Shown: positions 10,179-19,303, numbered from the stretch's first letter. The stretch: 64,000 nt of DNA from Verrucomicrobiota bacterium (GCA_013288215.1 JABDCI010000003.1:4713-68712); one strand, 5' to 3'. Numbers and translations are program-made. The notes: generated from the sequence alone by a model not told the origin.

Positions 10179-10701
10179 AAACAGCAAGGACGCGTTTGAT
10201 CCCTTGGGTAACATGCCGGCACGAAAGCGTGGCTCCGCCAATATTGGTAATGTCATCATTCAGCGCCAGGGCTGATTGAACGGTTTTTCCTACAAACTGC
10301 TGCCGCCAAGTGGCACCGCGGATTTCGCCTCCATAGGTTTCCCGATACGCCACGATTTCCACCTGCTTCACGCTCCCTTCAGGAGTCAGTGCCACCGCAT
10401 AATCGATCGCCAAATGTTTTCCAATCACGTAATCGACAATAAAATAACCGAGCAGTTTTTCTCCGAGTTGCGCCTTCCAAACCTGCTCTCCACCCGTGCT
10501 TACTTTTTGACCGGAGAGCTTTTCGATTTCGGCAATTTCCTGCGGTGTGAAACGAAGATGCGCCTGCTCAAAACGATCGGCTTGAGGAAAACAGAGTTTC
10601 TGGGCTTCGGCTACTGTGAAATATTGCACCGCATAGAGAGGGGTGGCAAGGCTGACAACCGCAACGGCGGGCGAAGCTATTTTTAACCAGGAGTTGTTCA
10701 T
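10159..10701 (-). CDS. Secreted FMN-binding-domain protein (NqrC/RnfG-like FMN_bind)
   Basis: 180 aa with signal peptide MNNSWLKIASPAVAVVSLATPLYA. FMN_bind-like core (VEIVAYRETYGGEIRGATWRQQFVGKT) and C-terminal DDITNIGGATLSC, which resembles the flavinylated [S/T]GA[S/T] motif (candidate Thr158). Confidence 0.7.
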   Translation of the reverse strand: MNNSWLKIASPAVAVVSLATPLYAVQYFTVAEAQKLCFPQADRFEQAHLRFTPQEIAEIEKLSGQKVSTGGEQVWKAQLGEKLLGYFIVDYVIGKHLAIDYAVALTPEGSVKQVEIVAYRETYGGEIRGATWRQQFVGKTVQSALALNDDITNIGGATLSCRHVTQGIKRVLAVYETCLK

Positions 10702-10748
10702 ATCAAAACTGCTTTTTCTTCACTCACCCGCGACCTCTCACACAGCGC

Positions 10749-12230
10749 TCAAAAGAACCACCCGACTGATCCAAGGAAATGGTCGGACTTCGGCGAGTTC
10801 GGAGCATCATCCAAGGCGAATTGATAATCTATTTTCAACACAAGCTCCGGAATGGGGAAAAAGGCCAGTCCAAGGGTGTGGAACTGAAGGCGCCCGGCTC
10901 CGGTGGGCGCATTGCTGTCGTTTCCTCGAAAACCACCTGTTTGCAGATTTTCGTAGGTATAGCGATAGAACGGCACCACTTCCCAGCCATTCTTAATCTT
11001 GGGAGCAAGGTTCCAATGGTAGGCTGTCTCTAATGAGAACCCATACATCGAGTCGCCTACGTTATCCGTCGGATCGCCATCATTATTGACACGCAAGTTG
11101 GCCGGATTTCCAATGAACGCCTGAACGTATTCGCCTCGGAATTCAAAGCCCGTCTTGGGAAGACGATAACGCAATTCGGTATCGAACAAGGTAAGAGAGC
11201 TCGTTCCCAACGCAAAGGGTGTGACCCCGTTGTCTCCATAAGCTCCCCGCGGGGTGGTATTCGGCGTAAAGTAAACGCTGGTGCTTCCGGACAATCCCGG
11301 CACAAAAGGAGGATCATAGCTCAAGCGAAGCGCGAATCCCAAATTGCTTCCAGTCTGATTGAAATCACCGATCGGGGCATGGGCGTTGCCCAAACCGGCA
11401 TGATCTCCAATGCTGGTGATGCCGCCTCCATATCCTCCCAGCGTGCCTGGGAATGGCGGCAGATCGCTGCCCGTGGTCCCTGTGTCCTCCAATCCGCTAC
11501 TGATCTGAAATTGATAATTCAGGTTATCAACGATTTTCCCATAAAGGCTCGTCGCCCCCTCAAACCACGTCGAAGGAATAAGGCCGTTATAAAGTTCTGG
11601 CCGATTCACACTATAGAATTGGGATGGCTCATGAAATAAATTGATGTAGCCAAAGGGCACGACATCGACGCCTGGCGCGCGCCAGTTGATGAAGTCGTTG
11701 AATTTAAAATCGACATACGCCTGCTCAATTTCAGCACCTCCACCCAGCTTATCGTCCGATCCACCATTTATACCGCCGTGTTCGAATTCGATTTCGGCGT
11801 TAAAAATGATGTTATCCGTGAACTGATAGGATGGCAAAAGCACCACACGAGCAGCGTCAAAACCATTGTGCCAACCTCCGGGTGTTTGCTGCTCTCCAAA
11901 TTTCAGTTCTCCATACGAACCAATCTTGAGCGCGGATTTGCTTTGAGATCCCAAACCGAACAAGCTCTCGTCAGCTTTTTTGGGCGTCTCCACAGGGATG
12001 GGCGATTTGGTCATGTCCTGGTAATTCTTGACCTGAGATTTGAGGTCTTTGATTTCAGCCTCCATTGCGTCCATGCGCTTGAGAAGTTCCTCGTTGCTGA
12101 CGGCTGGCGTCTTGCTGTTGCCAGACGGACTTGTTTCCTCGGCAGCGGCAAATGCTCCCCACCCCAAAAGCAAATGCAGAGCAAATAATGGGAGCGCACC
12201 TCGTTTGAACCATGTCATAAAGCCGATCAA
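10749..12230 (-). CDS. Outer-membrane beta-barrel porin-like protein with N-terminal coiled coil
   Basis: 493 aa with a signal peptide (LFALHLLLGWGAFAA) and a heptad-like segment (EELLKRMDAMEAEIKDLKSQVKNYQD). This is followed by alternating aromatic/Gly-rich beta-strand pattern and a C-terminal aromatic residue (GSVGWFF). Confidence 0.55.
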   Translation of the reverse strand: MIGFMTWFKRGALPLFALHLLLGWGAFAAAEETSPSGNSKTPAVSNEELLKRMDAMEAEIKDLKSQVKNYQDMTKSPIPVETPKKADESLFGLGSQSKSALKIGSYGELKFGEQQTPGGWHNGFDAARVVLLPSYQFTDNIIFNAEIEFEHGGINGGSDDKLGGGAEIEQAYVDFKFNDFINWRAPGVDVVPFGYINLFHEPSQFYSVNRPELYNGLIPSTWFEGATSLYGKIVDNLNYQFQISSGLEDTGTTGSDLPPFPGTLGGYGGGITSIGDHAGLGNAHAPIGDFNQTGSNLGFALRLSYDPPFVPGLSGSTSVYFTPNTTPRGAYGDNGVTPFALGTSSLTLFDTELRYRLPKTGFEFRGEYVQAFIGNPANLRVNNDGDPTDNVGDSMYGFSLETAYHWNLAPKIKNGWEVVPFYRYTYENLQTGGFRGNDSNAPTGAGRLQFHTLGLAFFPIPELVLKIDYQFALDDAPNSPKSDHFLGSVGWFF

Positions 12231-12351
12231 AATACCACGCGTCCGATTCCATCACTCACTCCGCGTTGCGCGGTCTTTACTCCGAATTGCTATCCCGAAA
12301 TAGAACCTTTCTGACTCGATTCACGCCGCGGGCATTCGCTAGGATCCATGA

Positions 12352-12759
12352 ATGGGTTCTGCTTCCCCAAGCGCAGCCGCGCTTTCCCGTCCGATTTGGA
12401 TTTTGTTAGGACTTGCGTTTCTGCTCAATGCAGGATCAGGAATCGCTTTGTGGCTATGGCCGACACATGCCTGGCGCATATTTCACGGATGCACGATCCC
12501 TTTATTTCTCATCACCTTGGGAGTGATATGGCGTGTTCATATTGTTCGGGCGTGGCGGCTCCGCAAGAATCTGCTCTCAGGCATGTTGATCCTCGCTGTT
12601 TTCCTGGTGCTCACCGCGACAGGATGGGGAATTTACTATTCTGGTTCGGACGAAGGACAAAAACAGTTCGCGCAATGGCATACATGGCTCGGACTGAGCT
12701 CAACACTGATTCTTTTTGGGCATGCGATCCTGGGATATCGCAGCCGATCCGAATCTTAA
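12352..12759 (+). CDS. Small four-helix integral membrane protein with conserved-looking His residues (possible cytochrome-b-like/DUF4405-like)
   Basis: 135 aa with four hydrophobic segments. His residues sit in or near helices 2 and 4 (WRVHIV, WHTWLG, LFGHAIL). It is divergent from the porin/FMN_bind/ApbE genes. The family assignment is an inference. Confidence 0.45.
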   Translation: MGSASPSAAALSRPIWILLGLAFLLNAGSGIALWLWPTHAWRIFHGCTIPLFLITLGVIWRVHIVRAWRLRKNLLSGMLILAVFLVLTATGWGIYYSGSDEGQKQFAQWHTWLGLSSTLILFGHAILGYRSRSES

Positions 12760-13146
12760 TTAAGGACTCTTTGATTCCATGGAGAACCGACTTTCCACAC
12801 CGACGTTGAGGTCTTTTTGCTGATATCAAAGTCGATTCGCGGAGCACATTATCTTCTGGCTGATTCGATTTCAGCATTTTACTTTCTCGATTGCCGAGTC
12901 ATCTCAAATCATTCCGGTAAAAAACGTACGTACGATCTCATCGTACAAAAGGTTTAGGTGACACCCTACAGACACTTCACCGCGCATCCATTATTTTGGT
13001 GCGAGTGAAACTTATGATGGTCACTTCCAGCGAGAAGAATTTCAGTGCAAAAAACCAAGTTCCTTGCCACTTTGTTGGTGAAAATAAGGATTTGCGGTTG
13101 AAATCGAAAGCCAAACCCTTGGCAGCTTCCTAGCCGCCGGTTGACT

Positions 13147-14379
13147 ATGGAAAAAAACGCTCGCGACTTGATTCAAAAAGCTACAGTGGCCGTGTTTGGA
13201 ATCCTCTTAATCCTTGGGATTCTGGAAGTGGGGGTTCGTCTTTTTTTTCCACATCCCTATTACGCCGACATCATTTATCCGGATGAGAAGGTGGGATATA
13301 AACTGAAACCGGACGCTCACACGCGCGCAACCAACCGTTTTGCGGAGTACGACACGGCGATTGACTCCAATCAGGAAGGATTTCGCGACAAGGATTATCC
13401 TCTTGAAAAGACTCCGGGAGTGTACCGCATTGCAGTCATTGGGGATTCCTTCACCATGGCGGAACATGTGGAGGAAAAGGAAACTTTCGTAAGGCGATTG
13501 GAAGCCCTTTTGAATAAGGACGCTCCCTCTGGCCATCGCAAGGTCGAATGCATGAATTTTGGAATTAATGGCTACGATACCTATCAGGAGGTTTTAGTCT
13601 ATGAAGCCTATGTTCGCAAATACAAGCCCGACATGGTTTTGCTTGCAGTCTATGTGAACAATGATTTCTCAGGAAACGTTTTCTATCTGCGTGACAGCAA
13701 TGTGGGACGCCCCTACTTCCGGCTGGTGGACGGCAAACTCCAGAAGGTGGAAACGAACAAGGATGTTTTATGGGAGAATTACCGCAGGTCCGTGAAACGT
13801 CATCAATTCAATTGGTATAATTGTTTTCACCTCTATAATTTGCAGCGCGACTTTTTGCATCATCATCGAAACTGCGCGCGCGGCAACTGGGACCGACGCG
13901 CCTCTCCATTGAGGCCCGATGATCCCCAAAGCGTGGAAACTTTTTGGAAATCCTTCGGACTTGGACGGTACCGGTGCTATAGTTTTCCTGAAAATCAGCC
14001 TTACCTCCGGGAATGCGAAACAATCTCCCGTTTGCTGCTTCAGAAAATGGAACGCAGGATCAAGGAGGATGGATGTCGTTTTTGTGTGATCGGTCTTCCC
14101 GGAGAAGAAAATCTATTTCCCGAACGCTGGCCGGGGAAGGTCAAGGCGTTTAAGGGTCTTGAAAAATTCTCATTGGATTTCGATCGTCCCTATCGATGGA
14201 TGCAAACATGGCTGCCCGATTTGTCAGCAAGCGGGGATTTGCTTGATCCACGGCCAATCCTTCGCAAGGCGGCTGAAAAAGGACCCGTCTATTTTCAACA
14301 TGACCCTCACTACACCAAGTGGGGACAGGAAAGCATCGCCCGCATTCTTGCGGACTGGCTGGAGAAAAAGCTGAATTAA
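13147..14379 (+). CDS. SGNH/GDSL-family hydrolase with N-terminal membrane anchor
   Basis: Block I YRIAVIGDSFT (GDS motif), block III-like NFGINGY, and block V FQHDPHYTKWG (D-x-x-H). N-terminal TM VAVFGILLILGILEVGV. The ORF track starts at a TTG at 13141; the ATG is at 13147. Confidence 0.65.
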   Translation: MEKNARDLIQKATVAVFGILLILGILEVGVRLFFPHPYYADIIYPDEKVGYKLKPDAHTRATNRFAEYDTAIDSNQEGFRDKDYPLEKTPGVYRIAVIGDSFTMAEHVEEKETFVRRLEALLNKDAPSGHRKVECMNFGINGYDTYQEVLVYEAYVRKYKPDMVLLAVYVNNDFSGNVFYLRDSNVGRPYFRLVDGKLQKVETNKDVLWENYRRSVKRHQFNWYNCFHLYNLQRDFLHHHRNCARGNWDRRASPLRPDDPQSVETFWKSFGLGRYRCYSFPENQPYLRECETISRLLLQKMERRIKEDGCRFCVIGLPGEENLFPERWPGKVKAFKGLEKFSLDFDRPYRWMQTWLPDLSASGDLLDPRPILRKAAEKGPVYFQHDPHYTKWGQESIARILADWLEKKLN

Positions 14380-14534
14380 AGGAATGCAGGAAAAACCTGC
14401 CGCACTTTTTCAAGCTTTGGGAGGGTGGAATCGCGCAGAGTTCACCACCAAGAACTCATCAGAAAAATGGATCTTGGAGGACATGACACCAGATGCTGGC
14501 GGCCGGAAAAACGTGTTAAAAAAATACATCACCC

Positions 14535-15995
14535 TCAAAACGCCATACGCAAACGCAACGCGAAGATATGGACTGGTCCACGATCTTGGTTGTAGGCGGG
14601 ATTATTTACAAATTGATAATCCGCAGCGACATGAATGTGTTCAACGACTTGTGCATCGTAATAGGTCTCAAGAACACTCTCGGGAGCATAGTTGAGCTGG
14701 CCATCCCCAATCAGCGGACCGGTTCCACCCGCGGCTATGAATGAACGGTGTTGTGCGCCAATTTCGTCCGCAATACCGGCGATTCCCACAACGTCCTCTT
14801 TTCGGCCCCATTGCGTTCCCATGAGATGAAGCCCCAGGGAAATGCTTTCATCGATATCCGTGAATTGCCACACTTCGCTCTTACCGTCCCGCCAGCTCGC
14901 TCGCAGGAATGCGCCGAGATCTGAGGTAATCTCCTGCTCTGCATTAAGTTCGAAACCATATTGCAATCGATATTCCCTTGTCTGAGTAATGTCTAAGTCC
15001 GGTCTGCCCAAGGCTTCCTCGTAGCTTCCCATCTTCGCCGATTCAAGCCAGCCAAGCAGTCGTACTGTCCCGGGATGTTCGCCAAGAGCATAACGTTTTT
15101 CGAATTCCAGCACATCCTGCCACCCTTTGGTCGGATGGTGATCAAATGCCAGATTATTGGAGCTCCTGGGAACCATGAATCCTCCCCAACGCAACGCCCA
15201 TTCTTTCTGGTTGTACTCAAGGGTAATCCCCTGGGTTTCACCGTAGGAATCGGCGGCATAGTCGAAAGCGCCGGCATCAATCAAGGCCCAGTTCAAAAAT
15301 TGAGTGCGCTGGTCGTGCGAATACGCATTCCCATCAAACTGATCCCCCACCTCGATGCGTCCTACCGTCAGCGTGAGGCGGGAAACATCCACTTTTTCTG
15401 CGAGTTGAAGCAAATCGGAAGAGAGCTGCTCCTGCTCCCCACCGAATCCAAATGTCTGACGATAAAACAAATGCGGAATGACCTCCTGGCCGGACTCAGT
15501 TCCCAACTTGTAAACTTCTCCGTTTGGAAACGCCGCAATTCCCCGGGTTTGATTGAATCCATATCCCTGAAAATATTCGGGATTAAAATAGAGATCTCCT
15601 CCCGGCCAGAGATGTCCGCCGAGATAAAGATCAAGAGAAACCGATTGCCGCAGCGTATCTCCGGACGTCAGGCTGTTTTGCCCCATATATGGGGAGTGAA
15701 ACCTAGGATGTCCTTGAATAATATCCGTATTCTGGCCGTGAAGCATCCAGCTCTGATTTTCGATTTGTGACTGATCGGTTTCGAACAAGGACTCGGTTTT
15801 GACGGATTCCTTTGTGCTCACTTCAGAAACTCCATTTGTGCTCGCTTCGGAAATTTCACCTTTTGGATTCACACCTGATGAGGAACCTTTTGAATCGACC
15901 ACGCCTGTATCGGCATAGAGGGAGGTCACGCTCCACACCAATGTGAAAATCATCAGATACCAATACAAAATTGATTTGGATTCTTTCGATTTCAT
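14535..15995 (-). CDS. OprB-family (carbohydrate-selective-type) outer-membrane porin
   Basis: Signal peptide, then FHSPYMGQNSL, LYLGGHLWPGGDLYFNPEYFQGYGFNQTRGIAAFPNGE and LFYRQTFGFGGEQ follow the OprB-family pattern. C-terminal LRLRMAF. Confidence 0.7.
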   Translation of the reverse strand: MKSKESKSILYWYLMIFTLVWSVTSLYADTGVVDSKGSSSGVNPKGEISEASTNGVSEVSTKESVKTESLFETDQSQIENQSWMLHGQNTDIIQGHPRFHSPYMGQNSLTSGDTLRQSVSLDLYLGGHLWPGGDLYFNPEYFQGYGFNQTRGIAAFPNGEVYKLGTESGQEVIPHLFYRQTFGFGGEQEQLSSDLLQLAEKVDVSRLTLTVGRIEVGDQFDGNAYSHDQRTQFLNWALIDAGAFDYAADSYGETQGITLEYNQKEWALRWGGFMVPRSSNNLAFDHHPTKGWQDVLEFEKRYALGEHPGTVRLLGWLESAKMGSYEEALGRPDLDITQTREYRLQYGFELNAEQEITSDLGAFLRASWRDGKSEVWQFTDIDESISLGLHLMGTQWGRKEDVVGIAGIADEIGAQHRSFIAAGGTGPLIGDGQLNYAPESVLETYYDAQVVEHIHVAADYQFVNNPAYNQDRGPVHIFALRLRMAF

Positions 15996-16135
15996 ATGCC
16001 GGATAGCTGATACCGGTCAACCATACATTGAAATCCTTGAGTGAGAAATTTGCAAGTATTGCGAGCCAGTCCAGATGTCGTCGCAATTTGTGCTCGTCGC
16101 TTGCGGTGTTGGAGTGATATGTGATCTAAATAATT

Positions 16136-18793
16136 ATGACTGTTGTAAAAAATTCCAAGGGTGAGCACGACTCCAATTTTGTCCACGAGGCGGCAAAAAA
16201 GGAAATTTCAGAGGTCCTGCAAACACTCGGAACCTCGCCAAACGGCTTGACGGAGATGGAAGTGGCGGCGCGATTTGAAAAATATGGTCCGAACGAAGTC
16301 GCACAGGAAAAAAAACACGGATGGTTGCACCGGCTTTGGATTGCCGTACGCAATCCGTTGGTCATTCTACTGACGGTCCTCGTCATTATCACCTTTGCGA
16401 CGGCGGGAGATGCGAGTGATTACATCGGCGGCTTTGTGATGATCGCGATGATATTGCTCGCTGTGTTTCTGAGGCTCATTCAGGAGACGAAAGCCGACAA
16501 TGCGGCGGCCAAGCTCAAGGCAATGATCAGAGTCACCGCGACGGTGCTGCGCGATGGCGAACCGAAGGAAATTCCGCTCAAAGAACTCGTTCCTGGAGAC
16601 GTGGTAAAGCTTTCCGCCGGCGACATGATTCCCGGTGACGTACGTTTGATTTCGGCAAAAGATTTGTTCGTCATTCAAGCCACATTGACCGGCGAATCGT
16701 TGCCAGTCGAAAAAAATGACGCTTTGGATTCGCGGCAAAACATTTCCGTCATCGAACACTCGAACCTTTGTTTTCTGGGCACGAGCGTGGAAATCGGTTC
16801 GGCCATGGCCGTCGTTGTCGCCACTGGCCCAAAAACGTACTTTGGGAAAATGGCCAGCAGCCTTTCCGGCCAGCAAGTCGAAACGGCGTTTGACAAGGGC
16901 GTGAAAAAATTCACATGGCTGATGATTTGTTTCATGGTGGTGATGTCGCCAATGGTGTTTTTCATCAGTGGCTTCACCAAGCACAGCTGGGGCAAGGACA
17001 CTTTTCTATTCGCGCTCGCCATCGCAGTTGGACTGACCCCGGAAATGCTGCCGATGATTGTTTCGGTCTGCCTTTCCAAAGGCGCGCTGGCGATGTCGAA
17101 AAAAAAGGTCATCGTCAAGCGGCTCAACTCGATCCAGAACTTCGGCGCGATGGACGTGCTGTGCACCGACAAAACGGGAACGCTCACCATTGATCACGTC
17201 ATTCTCGAATTATATTGCGACGTTTTCAAAAAAAAGAGCGATCCGGTTTTGCACGACGCCTACCTCATCAGCCATTTTCAAACTGGTCTTAAAAATGTCC
17301 TCGACCGCGCGGTATTAAAATACCAGGAGCTTCATCACGAACTCTCCGTCGAGAAGCATACAAAGGTGGATGAAATTCCCTTCGATTTCTCGCGCCGCAT
17401 GATGTCCGTGGCCGTCGAAGCGCCGGATGGCGAACGCAAGCTGATTACCAAAGGCGCTCCGGAAGCGGTCTTTACCCGTTGTACACATTTTGAGAACGAC
17501 GGCGAAATTTTCCCGATGGAACCGATTCTGGTCGGGGACCTTGTCCAACAAGTCAATGAATTGAGCGAAGATGGTTTTCGTGTGCTGGCTATCGCCACAA
17601 AAAAATTGGGCAGCCAAACTACGGTTTCAAAAGCTGATGAAAGTGATTTGATTTTAACCGGTTATCTCGCGTTTCTTGATCCGCCAAAAGACACGGCTTC
17701 AAAAGCCATTACCGCGCTCCGGCAACACGGCGTCACGGTCAAGGTTCTCACTGGCGACAACGACCTCGTCACGCGCAAGGTTTGCAACGAAGTCGGCATT
17801 CACGCGGAAAAAATTTTGCTCGGCAGCCAGGTTGAAAATTTGGCTGACGAACAACTGGCCAAAGAAGTGGAAACAACGGATGTTTTCGCACGCCTTTCGC
17901 CCGCGCATAAAAAACGTGTCGTGCAGGCGCTCCAGCGCAACAAGCATGTCGTCGGCTTCATGGGCGACGGCATCAACGACGCGCCTGCGCTGCGCGCCGC
18001 CGACGTGGGCCTTTCCGTTGACACCGCCGTGGACATCGCCAAGGAATCCGCTGACATGATTCTGTTGGAAAAGAATCTGATGGTGTTGGAAGAAGGCGTC
18101 ATTGAAGGCCGAAAGGTTTTCGCGAACATTTCGAAATACATCCGCATGGGTGCGAGTTCCAATTTCGGCAATATGTTCAGCGTTCTCGGAGCAAGCGCCT
18201 GGTTCCCATTTCTGCCGATGCAGCCGCTTCAAATCCTGACCAACAATCTGCTTTACGATTTCTCGCAGGTGCCGATTCCAACAGACAACGTCGGTGCGCG
18301 ATACATCGCCAAACCGCGCCCATGGAACATTGGAGAAATTGCCAAATTTATCATTTTCATCGGCCCCATCAGCTCGATTTTTGATTACACCACTTTTTCC
18401 GTGATGTGGTTTTTCTTCAAATGCAAGAATGTGGGGCTAACGCCCGAATTGATTGCGCGTTTTGGCGACGACGCCGCAAACCACACCCACGCCGCCGCGC
18501 TTTTCAACACCGGCTGGTTCGTCGAGTCCATCATGACGCAGACACTTATCATCCACGTCATCCGCACAAACCTTATTCCGTTCATCCAATCGCGCGCGAG
18601 CTGGCAACTTACGATGACGACCATTTTAATCATGGGCATCGGCGCGTATCTGCCGTTTTCGCCACTAGCCAAACTGCTGGGATTCGTGCCCCTGCCGTGG
18701 CAATTCTGGCCGATTCTCGCCACGACACTGCTTTGCTATGTCGGCCTGACACAACTCATCAAGGCTTGGATGGTTCGTAAACAGTGGATTTGA
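16136..18793 (+). CDS. mgtA: Magnesium-translocating P-type ATPase
   Basis: 885 aa. Contains DKTGTLT, TGDN, GDGINDAPALRAADVG and an N-terminal LTEMEVAARFEKYGPNEV. Length and C-terminal helices are as in MgtA/MgtB. Confidence 0.9.
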   Translation: MTVVKNSKGEHDSNFVHEAAKKEISEVLQTLGTSPNGLTEMEVAARFEKYGPNEVAQEKKHGWLHRLWIAVRNPLVILLTVLVIITFATAGDASDYIGGFVMIAMILLAVFLRLIQETKADNAAAKLKAMIRVTATVLRDGEPKEIPLKELVPGDVVKLSAGDMIPGDVRLISAKDLFVIQATLTGESLPVEKNDALDSRQNISVIEHSNLCFLGTSVEIGSAMAVVVATGPKTYFGKMASSLSGQQVETAFDKGVKKFTWLMICFMVVMSPMVFFISGFTKHSWGKDTFLFALAIAVGLTPEMLPMIVSVCLSKGALAMSKKKVIVKRLNSIQNFGAMDVLCTDKTGTLTIDHVILELYCDVFKKKSDPVLHDAYLISHFQTGLKNVLDRAVLKYQELHHELSVEKHTKVDEIPFDFSRRMMSVAVEAPDGERKLITKGAPEAVFTRCTHFENDGEIFPMEPILVGDLVQQVNELSEDGFRVLAIATKKLGSQTTVSKADESDLILTGYLAFLDPPKDTASKAITALRQHGVTVKVLTGDNDLVTRKVCNEVGIHAEKILLGSQVENLADEQLAKEVETTDVFARLSPAHKKRVVQALQRNKHVVGFMGDGINDAPALRAADVGLSVDTAVDIAKESADMILLEKNLMVLEEGVIEGRKVFANISKYIRMGASSNFGNMFSVLGASAWFPFLPMQPLQILTNNLLYDFSQVPIPTDNVGARYIAKPRPWNIGEIAKFIIFIGPISSIFDYTTFSVMWFFFKCKNVGLTPELIARFGDDAANHTHAAALFNTGWFVESIMTQTLIIHVIRTNLIPFIQSRASWQLTMTTILIMGIGAYLPFSPLAKLLGFVPLPWQFWPILATTLLCYVGLTQLIKAWMVRKQWI

Positions 18794-18808
18794 TAGAGCA
18801 AAAGAAAA

Positions 18809-19303
18809 ATGAATCGCGTCATGCGCGACTTTATGAACAAGAGTTTAGGCGACATCTTGAGTGAAGCTCAAATCATCACTGACCTGCGGGCAACAAACCG
18901 ATGGGAGGCGATTGACGAGTTGATCAACAATCTGGTCGAGATCGGCAGAATAAATCCCGAACATCGTGATGCCATCACAGCCGCCGTCAGAAAACGCGAA
19001 TCATCCATGAGCACTGGCATCGGGTTGGGCATTGGCATTCCACACGCTTCGACTGATTTGATCCACGAGGTAGCTGCCGCTTTTGGCCGCTCAAAACAAC
19101 GGATCAATTTCGATGCCTTGGATGGTCAGTCCGTTAGCCTCGTCTTCCTTTTTCTTGTCCCACAAGGGCAGTATCAAAAACATCTGCACACCATGACCGA
19201 AATTACCAAACTCTTTCAAAAACCCGATGTTCGCCAGGCACTCGAACAAGCCTCTGATGCCGGCGCCATGCTCCAAATCATCAGAAAACAACAGTCATCC
19301 TGA
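18809..19303 (+). CDS. ptsN: PTS EIIA type-2 domain protein (EIIA-Ntr/PtsN-like)
   Basis: 164 aa with STGIGLGIGIPHA containing the phosphorylatable His. The EIIA-2 fold pattern follows (VSLVFLFLVP). It starts 15 nt after the mgtA stop. Confidence 0.8.
   Translation: MNRVMRDFMNKSLGDILSEAQIITDLRATNRWEAIDELINNLVEIGRINPEHRDAITAAVRKRESSMSTGIGLGIGIPHASTDLIHEVAAAFGRSKQRINFDALDGQSVSLVFLFLVPQGQYQKHLHTMTEITKLFQKPDVRQALEQASDAGAMLQIIRKQQSS

Noticed and set aside
12348-12809. 153-aa ORF overlapping the 135-aa membrane-protein ORF in another frame.
   Set aside because: The 12352 frame gives four clean hydrophobic helices. The 12348 frame gives a Cys/Arg-rich sequence with no structure, so only one of the two can be real.
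15996-16135. Looked for an M-box (Mg2+) riboswitch in the leader of mgtA.
   Set aside because: The spacer is only 140 nt and shared with the divergent porin gene. I could not find the conserved M-box core segments by eye. A cmsearch with the Rfam Mg-sensor model would settle it.
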